A stretch of 64,000 bases of DNA. It comes from Petromyzon marinus (lineage: Eukaryota). The notes beneath the pieces were generated by a model. That model did not search any database. It saw only the letters and a list, made by a program, of their open reading frames with translations, and was not told the origin of the DNA. Made by a program: the position numbers and the translations under genes. The stretch covers positions 9,311,097 to 9,375,096 of the forward strand of contig NC_133691.1 of the NCBI RefSeq assembly GCF_048934315.1, in the 5' to 3' direction. Shown one piece after another: positions 1 to 12,064 of this stretch. Position 1 is the first letter of the stretch. Every line of letters starts with the position of its first letter.

Positions 1-130
1 TCCACGAGGTTTGCAATTCGGAATTACATGAGGAAATCCATGAGGCATTCCATGGGGTTTCCATTAGGAGATCCATGAGGCATTCCATGCAGTATTCCAT
101 TAGGAATTCCACAGGGTATGCCATTATGGT
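1..130. repeat. 12-bp minisatellite (CATGAGGCATTC-like units, ~10 copies)
   Basis: Direct reading: catgaggaaatc/catgaggcattc/catggggtttc/cattaggagatc... tandem 12-mers. Confidence 0.7.
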
Positions 131-1864
131 GGCCATACTGGCAACTTCTCACAATGCGATGAGCGGTATTCGTCACAGCTCACTGCCGGTGGAATGATAC
201 ACACACACGTGCGTGCACATGATATTAGCAGAACGCATGTTTTTAAATATATATTTTAAATTAATTATTTGGGTGTGTACTTCATACTGTTATCAACAAT
301 ATCACAGATGACACAAACGTGGCTCATTGTGCAAGTGGTGAAAACCCCCATCAGCCCCGTTACCACTCCCTGTCGGGACCGACACGTGCTCGCCTGCGCT
401 TGAGCTGGTGGCATGAACAACAATAATGCGGCCACGCGCTCAGTTCTATCGAGCTGGTGGCTTTGACAAGGCCGAGAGCATTGTGCACACAATGTGGTGG
501 TCACATGACATGCAAGGCATGATGGGGAGCTGTGCCTTCCTGGTGTTTGTGAGCGCACCTTTGTGTCAGAGATAATTAAAAAAAATCGTCACTTGTTTAT
601 TTGTAGGTCAGAGCCAGCGTCTATCCCTGCTCATACGCGCCATACGTGGGCACATATTTCTCTCTCTCTCTTGGTGGCCCTGGCTAGTGGTGGCAATTCT
701 ACATGCCCATGGCGAGTTCAGTATATTCATAGGATGACCACTTTTGATTTTCCAAATTGGCCCTCTCCTATCCTGGAGAGATGTTGTGATGAGTTGACGC
801 TCGACCGGGATTTGAACTCATCCCGTTTCGGGTGACCACATCCTCACCACCGACGCGGCAAAAAATTATCCGAGCCACGGGGGCCTCCTTTGCTGCAATC
901 ACGCCCGCCACCATCACGGACGAGAAGGGATTTCACTGTAACCGTATATTATTTAAACATTTTCCTCCGTAATTACTTAACTTTTTTTGTGTTTTCACAG
1001 CTTGAGTTGGCCCGAGTAGATCCCAATTCCTCATCCCGCTCTAAACGGACTCTTTGTGCGCACGGGGCATGTGGTGGAGAGCTGTGGGTGTCTTGGAGGC
1101 TGGGTGCTTCTTGGACACTCACCACAGGCGAAGCGGTCACCACAATGGTGCCAAAGGAAACACCGGCTACTACCGCAGTGGCGTTATCACTTTGATGCGC
1201 AACCAACGTAAACGGTACTTTTGCAGTCTGTGCAGTGTTGCCACCTGTTCGGGTTCGCTCCGGGACAAATGTAAAATCGACCCGGACAGTCCAGAATTTC
1301 TCAGACCTGGTGCTGATGTTGCTGCGTTTAACTTTATTGCGGCCAACTGCACATGCATTTTTAATGATAGAGCCAGGCTGGCCGAGAAATTCGCCCGGAT
1401 TTTGCTCTGTAAGTGGAAAGGGGGTGACCCTGAGTTCGCATGCCTCTGCGTCCACCGCTGTGTCTCGCGTGAGAAACGCTGACGGCAAACCACGAGGCCC
1501 CTCTGTCTGCGGGGGCGTCTGCCGTGCTGTGGCAGTGCAGCCGCACGAACGCACTGGGGCTCGGCACCATCTTGCTGTAAACATGGGCCGTGGAGTTTTT
1601 TAAATATTTATTTTAGGAGGGCAAGGTGGGGAGAGGGGGGGGGGTAGGCTAAGTAAATTCTCCCTAAAATACTTCATCCAAGAATGAGCTTATTTGTGAG
1701 CGTCAAGTTTAGGTAAAACATTCTGCTTTCATAATCCCGTAGCCCCCACTTTAGCTGCAACGACGCAGCAGAATGCGCCTCTCTCTCTGTGTGTGGATGT
1801 GCGTGCCGTGTCCACTCTCAAGCATTCCTGCTTAGTCCGATTGTGTGAGCCGCGTGTGAATCTC

Positions 1865-2110
1865 TGAGTCGCGGCGTGCGTCGTGAGTGGTGGCGCAGTA
1901 GTACAAACCCGGTGGCCCGAAATCGAATCCCGCTCACGGCCAACACCAGTGACGATTGTCTGAACCGGTCCCGGGCCTCCCTTATATCGACTCAGCCTCA
2001 AACGAGCACCTGGTGCGGTGTGTAAACATCGCCACTCGGGAGACAAAGGCGGTCGGGCGTGGTGCTGGTCGTGTCGGCCTCCATAAGTGCACGATAACAG
2101 GATCTCGCCC
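1865..2110 (+). mobile_element. tRNA-derived SINE, family A (head with GAGTTCGATTCC-like B box, tail ...cataggtgctcgc...cacttgcccc)
   Basis: Shares >80% identity by eye with copies at 4253-4514(-), 4557-4811(-), 57508-57720(-), 58395-58625(+); tRNA-like T-arm motif. Confidence 0.7.
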
Positions 2111-2968
2111 CAAAAAGTCTGTGAGGGCTACAAGTGGAATGTTTGTCTTTGTTGCAGTGTGTGACTGTGAGTCTGCGCACGCGTGTGTGGCCGTCACTAC
2201 GCGTGTGTTTCTCCAGATGTCTAACACTGCTTGGCAGAAACAGGAATTGCTCAAAGCCAGCAATTGCACAAAGAACACAGACCCGCATGAATACCGTGCA
2301 CAGAAATATCCACGCTCGCCACACCCAGGTATAATCATTTTTATAAAATATTTTTGAGCGGTCATAAATTACTCATTACGACAGTCATGAATTAACGCGC
2401 ATAATATGCTCCTATGTGCGTTAACGTGGGTATTCCAAATCCTCACGATCAACCAAGGACATCCGTAGCCTCGTCCATGCGTGCAGGTAACGTAGCTTGC
2501 GGTTCAACTGGGACGCAGTGGCAGGGAATGGAGGTGCGTGGTGCATGTGTCAAACGCAGTGTCACGTGGCTCACACTGAGGCCTTGTGCCAGGTTAAAAA
2601 AAAAACCTCACCTCTCTTCTTCACAAATATATGATTAGAAAATGTTTCATTATGTTACTTATATTCTGCACGACGACAAGTATTCTGTGCTGCGTATTCC
2701 GTAGTTTTGCTTTGAATTAGGAGCCATATCTAACAGGGGGGGATCGTTGCTTATAAACATCTGGCAATTCACGGGCATTGCTTCGGGCAATCCTGCCTTC
2801 CACTTCAACACAATCCAGAGCATGAATGCGACTTGAAGCTGCGTCTCTCCAACAGTCCCTCTGTTCCGTTCGGCAGACGCTGCTGCACGCCGAGCCTTGG
2901 CTCAGCTCGTGGTATGCTAGTCCAACGTTCGCGGATCTCTTCATCGAGATCTTCAGTAGTCGCTTGTA

Positions 2969-3228
2969 TTCTTAGTTTTTTCGGTAATGTCACGTTGAAG
3001 GGAAACAACAAAATAATAAAATATATATAAAACAATAAAAAATTCTCACGACGTTTCGACCATAACTCAAACGGTCGTCTTCAGGTGTTTGAGTTATGGT
3101 CGAAACGTCGTGAGAATGTTTTGTTGTTTTATATATATTTTATTATTTTGTTGTTTCCCTTCAACGTGATTTTACCGAAAAAACTAAGAATATGAATTAC
3201 TGCAGTCACGAAAGCTTTAAATCAAAAT
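2969..3228. mobile_element. Foldback (hairpin) MITE-like element, copy 1, near-perfect ~260-bp palindrome
   Basis: Left arm ttcttagttttttcggtaatgtcacgttgaagggaaacaac... is the reverse complement of the right arm. Conserved terminus aagaatatgaattactgcagtcacgaaagctttaaatcaaaattt. Flanked by a 12-bp direct duplication tagtcgcttgta (2957-2968 and ~3229-3240). Confidence 0.8.
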
Positions 3229-4252
3229 TTAGTCGCTTGTAGTTCACCTTCATTGCGAGTTCACAACCTGCTTGGGGGGTTGACTCAACTCATCATCCCT
3301 CCATCTGGGGTCCATTCAATAGACTCCGGTGGTTGTTCTCTGGATAGACTTACCCCCGCCATAGAAATGTGGCATTTCCAATGATAATTCGAGCAGGAAA
3401 TCACTAGAAACGTATTGAATCGAGCTCTGTTCCTTCAGGAATCGCATCCAAGCACAAACACCAGCCGATGCAAATGTGAAAAGCAAAATTATGGGATACT
3501 GATATCGCGATAATCGCTATATCGTGAAATTAATATCGACTCGTTAAAAAACGCGATGGTGGCCAGACGAGTCTGGAGGAGCGAGTCTGCGGGGTGTAGC
3601 GGTCGTGCGGCACTGCGTTGCACGTGGAGGCTGCGCTGCACGTGGCTGCCGTGACCCAGCACTGTGGAGGCAACAGCGAGGATTGGTAGATCTCCGCATG
3701 ATGTCGGGAAACTTCCTCCCCGAGGGCATTGAGGAGGATACCTCATTCTGGCTCGCCTGGAGAAGACGGCACAGCAAAACGCGGACGAGTCCCCATGTGT
3801 TCCGTTGTGTGTGCGATAGAGATGTCGGCCCCCTCGCACGTGGGGATTTCTCCTGGCGCCGCGGTTTCTACCTATGAACGCTTGTAGATTGGCTGAACGC
3901 ATCTTAGTGTAGGATCCCAGAGCTTGGGCAGTTCTTGGTAGCGCCAGCTCACCGCCTGACTCCTGCGTCATTCCCGCTCGTCTGTGCATCGTCGGCGATC
4001 GTGAGAGATGTACATGTTGCACGAATTGCGTACGACGCGACGATATGAGGAAACGAACACGTCGTGAATATCGCTCCTCTTGTTGGGCGCAGAATTCCGC
4101 CACCACTCAGCGGTGACGACACAAAGCGACCCGGGCGGCTGCCGGTCCCGTGACTCACGGTGTGCGCGCGCGACACTCGCCAACGCGTGCACCACACCCC
4201 GCTGCGTGCAAAAAAAGACAAAGATCCCCCGTGTAGCGTTCGAATGCCGTTG

Positions 4253-4514
4253 GGGCAAGTGCTGTTGGCGAGCACCTATGAAGAACGCCAACGCGGCACA
4301 CGAACGGGCTGTGGGTGGCTTTGCACCATGCCCGGCCGCCTTTGTCTCCCCAATGCTGATCTTTAGACCGCGCACCAGCTACTTATTTATGGCCGAGTCC
4401 GCATAGGGGAGGTCCAGCACCGGTTCAAATATTAATCATTCAGATGTTGGCTCTGAGTGAAACCGAACTCGGTTCGCCGGGTTCGTAGCGCAGTGCGCTA
4501 ATCACGACACTATC
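4253..4514 (-). mobile_element. SINE family A, copy (tandem with the next copy)
   Basis: Reverse complement matches the 1865-2110 copy. Preceded by aaaaagacaaagatcccccgt, as is the neighbouring copy. Confidence 0.7.
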
Positions 4515-4556
4515 AAAAAGACAAAGATCCCCCGTTATAGCCTGAACAGACTGTAG

Positions 4557-4811
4557 GGGGCAAGTGCTGTTAGCGAGCACCTATGAAGGCCGGCACGGTA
4601 CACGAGGGGGCGGGTGGCCAACACCATTCCCGGCCGCCTTTGTCTCCCTAGTGGCGATGTTTACACACCGCACCAGGTACTCATTTGAGGCTGAGTCGAC
4701 CCAAGGGAAGCCCAGGACCGGTTCAGACAATCGTCACCGGTGTTGGCTATGAGCGTGATCCGAACTCGGGTCTCCGGGTTCGTAGCGCAGCGCGCTAACT
4801 GCTGCACCACC
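4557..4811 (-). mobile_element. SINE family A, copy (tandem duplicate of 4253-4514)
   Basis: Same unit including the upstream aaaaagacaaagatcccccgt stretch. A ~300-bp tandem duplication. Confidence 0.7.
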
Positions 4812-4914
4812 GTTGAGTCGATCTCGTCGCGCTAATCACCAAACTATCACTCACAGAGAGACACACAGACACAACACACGCGAACGCACACAACACACAC
4901 GCGCGCGCCCTCAG

Positions 4915-5045
4915 TGCCAATGAGGGTGGTGGTGGTGGTGGTGGGCGCGCGCTTGGCACGTGGCGCGCCGGGAGGTTGACAGGGGCCGGGTGACCCAGGT
5001 GGGGGGGAGGGGGGGAGGGCGCAGCGGCGGTGCCTTTAAAAGCGC
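4915..5045 (+). promoter_or_regulatory. Putative core promoter of the Gly-rich secreted protein gene: CCAAT box (~4917-4921) and TATA-like CTTTAAAAG (5034-5042), GC-rich
   Basis: TTTAAAAG lies ~120 bp upstream of the ATG at 5161. ccaatgag sits ~115 bp further upstream. GC-rich context. Confidence 0.5.
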
Positions 5046-5160
5046 GCGGCTCACCCGGTGAGACGTCGACTCCTCCGGTGCTTGCAGCCCCCCTCGCACA
5101 ATCCACACACACACTCAGCTCGCACATCACACTCGGGGCTGTCTCAGCGTTGCGTGCGCC

Positions 5161-5224
5161 ATGGCACGTGCGATAGGAGTCATCCTCTTGGTCTCTACCT
5201 GCCTGCAGTCTTCCTTGCAGAAAG
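5161..5224 (+). CDS. Exon 1 of uncharacterised secreted Gly/Pro/Tyr-rich repetitive protein: signal peptide MARAIGVILLVSTCLQSSLQK, ends in phase 1 at donor GTACGT
   Basis: ATG in good context after the TATA box. Hydrophobic signal-peptide-like 21 aa. Donor aaag|gtacgt. 64 nt, phase 1. Confidence 0.75.
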
Positions 5225-5225
5225 G

Positions 5226-6260
5226 TACGTGTGGTGGTAGTGCCGGGCCCGATACACACATAGAGGTACGCGTGCTGGGCTAAGACTGATACACACACAC
5301 AGGCACGCGTGCTGGATTAAGGTTGATACACAGGTACGCGTGCTGGGTTAAGACTGATACACACACAGGTACGTGTGCAGGATTAAGGCTGATACACAGG
5401 TACGCGTGCTGGGTTAAGACTGATACACACACATAGAGGTACTCGTGCAGGGCTAAGGCCGACACACACAGGTACGTGTGCTGGACTAAGGTTGATGCAC
5501 ACACAGGTACGTGTGCTGGGTTAAGGTTGATACACACACAGGTACCTGTGTAGGGCTAAGGCTGATATAGGTAGGCTTGCAGGGCGAAGACTAATACACA
5601 CAGGTACGTGTGCTGGGTTAGGGTTGATACACACACAGGTACTCGTGTAGGGCTAAGGCTGATATAGGTAGGCTTGCAGGGCGAAGACTAATACACACAG
5701 GTACGTGTGCTGGGTTAAGGTAGATACACACACAGGTACCTGTGTAGGGCTAAGGCTGATATAGGTAGGCTTGCAGGGCGAAGACTGATACACACAGGTA
5801 CGCGTGCTGGGTTAAGGTTGATACACACACAGGTACTCGTGTAGGGCTAAGGCTGATATAGGTAGGCTTGCAGGGCGAAGACTAATACACACAGGTACGT
5901 GTGCTGGGTTAAGGTAGATACACACACAGGTACCTGTGTAGGGCTAAGGCTGATATAGGTAGGCTTGCAGGGCGAAGACTAATACACACAGGTACGCGTG
6001 CTGGGTTAAGGTTGATACACACACAGGTACTCGTGTAGGGCTAAGGCGGATACTAATAGGTACGCGTGGTGGGTTAAGGCTGATACGCATTGGTACGCGT
6101 GGTAGGTTAAGGCTGATACGCATTGGTACACGTGGTGGGTTAAGGCTGATACGCATTGGTACGCGTGGTAGGTTAAGGCTGATACGCATTGGTACGCGTG
6201 GTGGGTTAAGGCTGATACATACCAGGTATGCGTTCAGGTTTAAGGCTTATACACACAGGT
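5226..6260. repeat. Satellite in intron 1: ~32-bp unit GGTACGTGTGCTGGGTTAAGGTTGATACACACACA with ~130-bp higher-order repeat; variant 36-bp units 6050-6240
   Basis: Direct reading of >25 tandem units. A higher-order unit adds ggtacctgtgtagggctaaggctgatataggtaggcttgcagggcgaagactaatacacaca. Confidence 0.85.
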
Positions 6261-6295
6261 ACGTGTGCTGGGCTAAGGGTGATAGACACACGAGT

Positions 6296-6610
6296 ATTGC
6301 GCGCGGAGTGTGAGTGAGTGTGAGTGAATGTGAGTGTACGTGAGTGTGAGTGAATGTACGTGAGTGAGTGTGAGTGAGTTTACGTAAGTGGGTGTGAGTT
6401 TACGTGAGTGTGAGTGAGTTTACGTGAGTGAGTGTGAGTGAGTGTACGTGAGTGAGTGTGAGTGAGTTTGAGTGAGTGTACGTGAGTGAGTGTGAGTAAG
6501 TGTACGTGAGTGAGTGTGAGTGAGTGAGAGTGAGTGTAGTGAGTGATTGAGTGAGTGTGAGTGTACGTGAGCGAGTGTACGTGAGTGATTGAGTAAGTGT
6601 GAGTGGGTGT
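6296..6610. repeat. GTGAGT-rich minisatellite (gtgagtgagtgtgagtgaatgtacgtgagt... units)
   Basis: Direct reading; imperfect 6-30-bp periodicity. Confidence 0.8.
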
Positions 6611-6619
6611 ACGTGAGCG

Positions 6620-6860
6620 TACGTTCTCTCTCCCCCTGGAATGCATGGATTTTCTCCGAGTTCTCCGCGTTTCTCCCACAGCTAAAACACACACACATAT
6701 AATGTAACTTATATTGGCCAAAACACATCCCATTCTGAGAATTGACCTGCAAATTACTCAATTGAGATTACACACGGCAGCAGCGTCTCCTCCTTGCCGC
6801 GAAAACCTGGCAGGACCCTCCTAAAGAAGAGTCTTGAGACTCGGTGAGACTTTCCTGTGT
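6620..6860 (+). mobile_element. SINE family B, 3' portion (tail ...ctccgcgtttctcccacagctaaaacac...tgcaaattactcaattgagattacacac...cctggcaggaccctcct...gagtcttgagactcggtgagac)
   Basis: Tail shared with copies at 9065-9340, 11480-11765, 19078-19150. Confidence 0.65.
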
Positions 6861-6907
6861 AAGCAAGCGTACTAATAATGTCACTGTATCGTGTCTTGTC
6901 GTTTCAG

Positions 6908-6943
6908 GAGTAGGAGGTCCGTTTCGACCTGCGTTCGGAGGAG
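6908..6943 (+). CDS. Exon 2 of Gly-rich gene (36 nt, phase 1-1): GVGGPFRPAFGG
   Basis: Acceptor ttgtcgtttcag|, donor |gtgagtg. Length is a multiple of 3, preserving phase 1. Confidence 0.65.
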
Positions 6944-7447
6944 GTGAGTGTTTCAATCACGATCTTTATAATGGCCACAACTCACTCCACCTCTGAATCC
7001 GTCTACGGAATCATTTTCCGCTGCTAGGGGTGCTGACAACAGCCGCAAGTGCCGTGTTAACATAGCACCTCTCCGTGTGCCCACGCAATGCCGAGGCCAT
7101 GTGATGCGGCTTCTAAGGGATAACGGCAAGACTGGCAATGTGCGCAACAACGCATCAAATTGATCGATTTAACGCGGATTCTTAAGGGTCACAACACGCG
7201 CGTCACATCGCGCGTGTAAGAATACGAAATCGACGTTTCCCATCCGTGCAGATGATCCGCTTGATGTTCCATTTAGGGTATTGGGCAGAGCAAAACTGTG
7301 CAAATTGGAGAGAGGTTAAAACAAACAAACAAAAACACGAAACAAACGAGACATTCTTTGGGTAAAGCCACGTAAATAAGTTGAAAGAAAATAAAAAATA
7401 AAAATAAATATTTTTGTTGTTATCGTCTATTTTGTTATTTTCTTTCA

Positions 7448-7525
7448 AACTATCTACGTGACTTCACCGAAAGGCCCAAAGAAGACGAATTCCTCGAGTC
7501 ACGAAAGCTTTAAGTCAATATTTCA
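7448..7525. mobile_element. Foldback MITE family, solo terminal fragment
   Basis: ctacgtgacttcaccgaaaggcccaaagaagacgaattcctcgagtcacgaaagctttaagtcaatattt matches the conserved right terminus of the family. Confidence 0.7.
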
Positions 7526-7683
7526 CCGAGACATAAGTTAGCGGTTGTGACTGTTTTTAACTGCGTTGTGGCCCGCATTCGTCGGTGCCAGGGTTGGGCG
7601 TTTTAGGGCGGTTGGCTTCGCGTTACTCCGCGCCTCGCGCCGAGGTCTCAGCGCGCACTCACCGCCGTGTTTCGCGTGCGCAG

Positions 7684-7719
7684 GAGGAGCGCAGTACGGC
7701 AACGGCGGTGGTGGCAATG
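7684..7719 (+). CDS. Exon 3 of Gly-rich gene (36 nt, phase 1-1): GGAQYGNGGGGN
   Basis: Acceptor gcgtgcgcag|, donor |gtgagtc. Weaker polypyrimidine tract. Confidence 0.55.
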
Positions 7720-8882
7720 GTGAGTCGAACGCGCAGACGTCGCCCGCGTTGCGAGGGAGAGGGCTGGCTGCGTCTCTCCGGCATCGTTACGCTTTGACCG
7801 TCGTGAATGCAACGGGACTGCTCGTCGGAGGAAGGTCGCGCGTGCTTTGGTCGGTGCTGTAAAAAAATCAGTCAGCAGGGCGGTGTTTGGTCATTTGCAT
7901 CTGACAGCTCTGACCGCTCACATTCCGCTCGAAGTACACGCGGCTGATTTCTCCAACGTGCCAGAGTGGCCGAACGTTGCATGTAACAGTTTTGCTTCTG
8001 ATTAATCTCTTCTCTCCACGTTCAAATTTCTCAAAGGGGAAGTGGTGGGAGGGTGGGTGGGGCTCTACTTTCAAGCTTTTAAATAGGGCCCTACATCTGT
8101 AATATTTTTATTAAAATTAAAAATGAGACTATTTTCCTAGAATAAATAATCATCAAATACGAACGTTCGAGGTCTCCATGAGTGGAGGTGAGGCGGGCAA
8201 CCGCCCACATCGCTTCGCCCCCCCCCCCCACCTTGGATCAATCACCAGAGCCCCCCTCTTGGCAGCAGCCGATTGCTGCCACCGGCCAATTCAAACAGCC
8301 CCCCCAGTTCCATCTTGCGTTTTCTCGTCCTCTCCCACGCCTGCCCAGCACGTGTATCTTCCGCGCACTACCGTCTGTGCCCACGTGAACTTTAGAACCC
8401 GACTCGTAGCGGCAGAACGCCTGCTGCTGCTGCTTGGACGCCACGCGCTCCACACGACCGAGCACGGCGACAACGCTCCATTTGCCGTGCCACTCGCCCG
8501 TCCGGCAGCACCTCTTTGTGGCCACCGTTGGTTGGTGCGATGGTGCTCGTCCATTGTCACATCCAGAGCCGGAGAGTGATCTCCTGCAGCTCACACGGCC
8601 ATTGAGGGCATTGGTGCTCATCTCCCGTTTACAGCCCTGCAGAGCCAGTGGTGGAATTTCCACATTCTTGTGGCGGGGGGCAAGTCTCTGCATAGGACAT
8701 TGTCACATTACAATTCCTGAACCTCATCCCACAGCTCCCTAGATTTATCATTCATTGGCAGAGCTTTGGCATGACACTTTGAGATTAACACTGAAAAGCG
8801 CTGACGTGTAATTGGGCCATGCTTGTACGTGTGTGTGTGTGCACGCTTGTCTAAGTGTGGGTATGTTGCATGTGTTCTCCAG

Positions 8883-8924
8883 GTTACGGTGGCCCACCAA
8901 ACCCACATGCATTGAAGGCTGGAG
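8883..8924 (+). CDS. Exon 4 of Gly-rich gene (42 nt, phase 1-1): GYGGPPNPHALKAG
   Basis: Acceptor tgtgttctccag|, donor |gtaaat. Confidence 0.6.
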
Positions 8925-9064
8925 GTAAATTCAGCGTTAAATTACAATTTTATGCATCGTGTTTATTCACTACAAAATTTCACCTGGAACAAGCCTTCAG
9001 ATTGAACATCTCATTTGCAAGGGTGTCCTGGGGTAATCAAGCATACTGATCTAGTTGCCAAGAT

Positions 9065-9340
9065 ATAAATAAATAGGGCGGCAAGGCGACAGTGCAGTGG
9101 TAACACTGGTGCCTTGCGGCAAGAAGGGTCCTGCGTTCAATTCCCGACTTGGCCGCCTTTCTGTTAGAATGGAACTGATATTGGGCAAATAGCCCAATGC
9201 TGAAAAAATGACACTGCAAATTATTTAATTGGGATTGCACACAGCGGCAACAACGCCCCCCTACTGCAAAAGAAGTTGACATGACTCTCCTAAAACGTAG
9301 TATTGAGACTCTGCGAGGCTTTTCTTTTTAGGAAATCAGA
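9065..9340 (+). mobile_element. SINE family B, full copy (tRNA-like head ggcgacagtgcagtggtaacac...gcgttcaattccc) in intron 4 of the Gly-rich gene
   Basis: tRNA A/B-box-like motifs plus the family tail ...actgcaaattatttaattgggattgcacac... Confidence 0.65.
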
Positions 9341-9426
9341 ATCTTGAAATGTGTAAATCAGGTCGCAATGTCTAAACGTGATACATGTGATTGCACACCT
9401 GCTAACCTTCTATCTCGTTTCATCAG

Positions 9427-10893
9427 GATATGGCCAAGGGGCAGGAGCTGCGCTTCCTTCAAGAACAGCTGGCCCTGGGGGGTACGGTCAGGGGGGCGGT
9501 GGACCTGGGGGGTACGGCCCAGGGGCAGGAGGTTACGGTCCAGGGGGAGCAAAGGTCGGTAATGGTGCAGGCGCAGGCAGGCCCAATGGATACGGTCCAG
9601 CGATCGGAGGGCCAGGCGCATTTGTACCCAGGGCAAGGCCAAGTGTATACGTTGCTGCGCCAAGTAGAGCGAATGGATATGGTCCAGGCGGAAGCAAAGC
9701 TGGTGGTCCAGGAGCTGGGGGACCTGGGGGTTATGGTCCAGGAGCTGGAAGACCTGGTGGCTATGCACCAGCAGCAGGAGGGCCTGGTGGCTATGCACCA
9801 GCAGCAGGAGGGCCTGGTGGCTATGCACCAGCAGCAGGAGGGCCTGGTGGCTATGCACCAGCAGCAGGAGGACCTGGTGGCTATGCCCCAGCAGCAGGAG
9901 GACCTGGTGGCTATGCACCAGCAGCAGGAGGACCTGGTGGTTTTGGCCCGGCCGCAAGTAAAGCTGGTGGTTATGGTCCAGGAGCTGGGGGACCTGGTGG
10001 TTATGCACCAGCAGCAGGAGGGCCTGGTGGCTATGCACCAGCAGCAGGAGGGCCTGGTGGCTATGCACCAGCAGCAGGAGGACCTGGAGGCTATGCACCA
10101 GCAGCAGGAGGGCCTGGTGGCTATGCACCAGCAGCAGGAGGAGCTGGTGGTTTTGGCCCAGCAGCAAGCAAAGCCGGTGGTTATGGTCCAGGGGCTGGAG
10201 GACCTGGTGGCTATGCACCGGCAGCAGGAGGACCTGGTGGCTATGCACCGGCAGCAGGAGGACCTGGTGGCTATGCACCGGCAGCAGGAGGACCTGGCGG
10301 TTATGGTCCAGCAGCAGGAGGGGCTAATGTATATGGCCCTGGGGCTAGTAAAGCGGCAGGAGGACCTGGCGGTTATGCACCAGCAGCAGGAGGACCTGGA
10401 CAGTCTGGTCCAGGGGCAGGAGGACCAGGCGGGAATGGGGCTGGAGGTAAGCCTAACGGACATGCCCCAGCAGCCGGTGGCCAACCTGGCTTTGCACCAA
10501 GGCCTAGCGCATTTGGTCCAGGGTCAGGGGGACCTGGATCTTATCCAGGAGCAGGAGCTGGTGGATATGGACAAAAGGCATCTGGCTATGCCCCAAGGGC
10601 AGGGGGACCTGGTGGTTATGCTCCAGCTGCGAGGAGGCCAAATGGCTATGCCCCAGCGGTAGGGAGGCAAAACGGATATGGACCGGCGGCAGGGAGACCT
10701 GGATATGGTCCAAGTTCAGGAGGAGCTGGAGGACCTGCCCCAGGTGACCAGAAACCAGCAGGTGGCCAGAAGGCAGGTGGTGCTGGTGGGTACGGACCTG
10801 GGGCTGGAGGAGGAGGATACGCGCCCGCAGCCGGAGCTCGCTCACAGTTCTACATGAAGCTCTCCTCTAAGTGTTCCCAAAGGAGACAGCTCG
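9427..10893 (+). CDS. Exon 5 of Gly-rich gene (1467 nt, phase 1-1): ~35 tandem decapeptide repeats GGPGGYAPAA/GGPGGYGPGAG with periodic GFGPAASKAGGYGPGAG spacers; C-terminal part ...PNGYAPAVGRQNGYGPAAGRPGYGPSSGG...RSQFYMKLSSKCSQRRQL
   Basis: Acceptor tctcgtttcatcag|. Long open frame with no stops (track ORF 9378-10907, same frame). 30-nt DNA repeat gcaccagcagcaggagggcctggtggctat. Strong donor ctcg|gtaagag at 10894 falls exactly in phase 1. Confidence 0.75.
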
Positions 10894-11425
10894 GTAAGAG
10901 TGCGTGAGACGCGCGTCTTGTGAGTGGCTGTGAGTGTGTGGCATTCGTGTTGACTTCTGATGCGCAATAGAAATTCAGGCCCAATGCCTGCCGTAGTCTG
11001 CCACCTGCCCTGCTCTGCTCTACCCACTGCCCCATCTGCTCTACCCACTGCCCATCTGCTCTATCCACTGCCCCATCTGCTCTTGCCCATTGCCCTTCCC
11101 TCTTCCGCACTTGGTTGCTCCCACTTCCAAATTCGTTCTGTTCGGCCGCCTACGGGCGACGGTGGCGTCGTGATGATCTGCAGCCTCATGACGCCACCGT
11201 ACAGGCATCTCAATGCGATGCTCTTCTCACTCTAAAGGGTGCAGGCCAATTGCCTGTTTGAGCACTAGGAATTAGACATTTTTTAATGTGGTACTCGTTA
11301 AAATATTTAATTCGCAACCTGTGCGTGACAGTATACGTTCGTGTATTTCTGTGTCCATCCCCGTATCCTCGATAAACGCTCATTTGTGTCTCTTCACCGA
11401 CCCTGTCGCCCACTCTGTCTAGCAG

Positions 11426-11476
11426 TGGCCAATGGCAACGGTGGGTACGGCGGCAACGGTGGTGGCCGCTCCAACG
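11426..11476 (+). CDS. Exon 6 of Gly-rich gene (51 nt, phase 1-1): VANGNGGYGGNGGGRSN
   Basis: Acceptor ctgtctagcag|, donor |gtacgtg. Confidence 0.6.
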
Positions 11477-11479
11477 GTA

Positions 11480-11765
11480 CGTGTGGATCAGGGCCGCAGC
11501 AGTAACTCGCCCCTCACAGCAACACGAGTCTGGGTTCAATTCCCCACTCGGGTGCCTTTTTCGGTGTAGAGTTTTTTATTGTTTCTCCCCCTTTTCTGCA
11601 TGGGTTTCCTACGGATTCTCCATTTTCCTACCATAGCTACCCCCCCCCCCCCCCCCCCAGTATTGGCCAGGCCTCGCAATGCTGAAAATATTACACTGCA
11701 AATTACTCAATTGAGTATAAGAGTCTTGAGATTCATTGAGGCTTTCCGGGTGAACTGTCGCAGTA
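11480..11765 (+). mobile_element. SINE family B copy (with internal poly-C tract)
   Basis: gggccgcagcagtaactcg...gggttcaattcccc tRNA-like head. Tail ...ctgcaaattactcaattgagtataagagtcttgagattcattgaggctttcc. Confidence 0.65.
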
Positions 11766-12064
11766 GTAACACGACGTAATCCACAATTATACACGATGGC
11801 ACGCGTGTGCACACGCGTGCCATCGTACTATAACATCAAACCCGTTCACTTGTTTCATGTATTCCGTTGCATAACTTGGGCCTCTCTCCTGCATTGCCCC
11901 CAACGGGCTCCACGCAAGTCGCCAGGGTGGATCCGGTTGAATGTGTCCAGTTCTGGTAACACGTGGGTCAGGCTGGAGGCGCGCGTGTGAACGTCCGTGT
12001 GGACGCTGCGTCGTGTCAGTTCAGTTTGAGGACCGCGTGGTTTCCGTGTGCGATTTCGTTGCAG

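Noticed and set aside
973-1603. Cluster of overlapping 100-200-aa ORFs on both strands
   Set aside because: Mutually overlapping frames in moderately GC-rich DNA with no splice signals, no homology and no repeat support. Most likely non-coding.
3489-4106. 205-aa minus-strand ORF in a GC-rich region
   Set aside because: The Arg/Ser/His-rich low-complexity translation is typical of a random open frame in GC-rich DNA. No splice signals or homology, and a tandem SINE array sits beside it.
5226-6260. Regular short tandem repeats considered as a CRISPR array
   Set aside because: This is a eukaryotic context. The units are contiguous with no unique spacers and no cas genes. They are satellites and minisatellites.
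9358-10907. Long overlapping ORFs on the minus strand and in alternative + frames (e.g. 9358-10278 -, 9459-10484 -, 9430-10662 +) across the exon 5 repeat
   Set aside because: They are frame-shifted or antisense translations of a 30-nt tandem repeat (they yield LLLLVHSHQ / CCWCIATRSS strings). Only the Gly-rich frame connects to the flanking exons in consistent splice phase and follows a signal peptide.
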